This document shows positions 41,901-43,092 of a stretch of DNA of 43,092 nucleotides, one piece after another. The position numbers were made by a program, and so were the translations under genes. The notes below the pieces were generated by a model. That model had not been told where the DNA came from, did no database searches, and was given only the letters and a program-made list of their open reading frames with translations. Every line of letters starts with the position of its first letter. Within the stretch, counting starts at the first letter, position 1. This stretch comes from Eledone cirrhosa (lineage: Eukaryota), in assembly GCA_964016885.1 (NCBI GenBank), contig CAXHJY010001378.1, positions 1 through 43,092 on the forward strand, given 5' to 3'.

Positions 41901-42456
41901 TGACATTTTGGTGTTTCCCCGCATCCGAGACTGTATATCATACAGATGTATGAGAATTAATGACCTAATAATTCAGCATATATTATAAGATCGATTGCCT
42001 GCTTCAACTGCCTGACCCTGCAAATATCATTCTGACGCACTCTAATCATGTATAGATAAGACAAGCGTGCATGCTACACGCGAGATTGCTTCATGCACTG
42101 ACTACTCTAAGCTTTCCTCTTGCTTTATCTTCATAGACTGCCAACGCTTCATGTTTATCTTTATTTTCACTCTTGCTTTTATTTTATTTTATTTTATTTT
42201 ATTTTATTATTATCATGTAACACTTTATTTTTATCATGTAACACTTTATATGTAAATTGCCATGCTATTTCATTTGATGAATGTCACCCCACTGTTGATC
42301 AATATGCGCATATGTTTTATGTGTCTCTTGGGTTGAAAAGGAGGTCAAGTATGTTATAAATAACTGCTCCGAAGAATCCAAACCTCGGTTTGGAGGAAAC
42401 AATTGTAAGCAAATAAATGACTTAAACTGAACTTTGATTACTGTAATCTCTATATA
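38988..42456 (+). mobile_element. 5'-truncated Naiad/Chlamys-type Penelope-like element with inverted repeats of about 650 bp (about 39089-39744 and 41805-42456)
   Basis: Post-RT region RRRNNTFFNP / HFPSGH..NKNTIKISYSTTPN (frameshifted), then the GIY-YIG ORF. HHRs at 42365-42411(+) and 39134-39181(-). Bulged stem at 39052-39085(-). Confidence 0.88.
40264..40797 (+). CDS. GIY-YIG endonuclease domain of a Naiad/Chlamys-type PLE (C-terminal part of a broken polyprotein)
   Basis: CNCRSSRTCPLDKKC-IIY-ETYIGST-FKTRYNSH-LKWE-CNLCLLE-LLNKKSE-CQHR. Confidence 0.85.
   Translation: MNINAAYHNPHNHNPIANLQTSTQHSNQQTSTQSNCNCRSSRTCPLDKKCLTKDIIYSCTVTTNSSSETYIGSTSNCFKTRYNSHLHSFKKHSLANSTSLSSYIHYLTTKNKIYTLKWEVVGSATSYKPPDKFCNLCLLETHTIIFSKRNLLNKKSEVFANCQHRFRHSFQNFKPYI

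Positions 42457-43092
<636 letters not shown>

Noticed and set aside
39089-42456. DNA transposon with long terminal inverted repeats
   Set aside because: The interior encodes PLE linker and GIY-YIG rather than a transposase, the arms contain HHRs, and the ends are asymmetric.

Overview
Animal genomic DNA with no recognisable host gene. The SINE and RTE families look like those of octopus or a related cephalopod, but this is an inference from remembered repeat sequences. A large share of the window is imperfect (TA)n microsatellite, and the many IY/YI/HI ORFs in the track are artefacts of it. The (TA)n arrays carry 5'-truncated retroelements: RTE-type LINEs (three with a PHD-like zinc finger inside the RT), two CR1-group LINEs, Penelope-like elements (PLEs) of at least three types with GIY-YIG fragments, and many short non-coding PLE pseudo-LTR or retrozyme-like inserts. 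These short inserts are often folded back into inverted repeats and hold about 20 hammerhead ribozyme (HHR) motifs. A TA-poor island at about 12.6-16.7 kb holds a tRNA-SINE cluster and old LINE remnants. The main observation is a shared 3' architecture in about ten sequence-unrelated short elements: HHR (where retained), a short spacer, a covarying bulged stem-loop (RCUC-hairpin-UH-GAGY), 40-75 nt, then (TA)n. One copy is linked to a Naiad/Chlamys-type GIY-YIG ORF, which suggests a common cis-acting RNA signal in a (TA)n-associated PLE system. All folds were worked out by eye and no searches were run.
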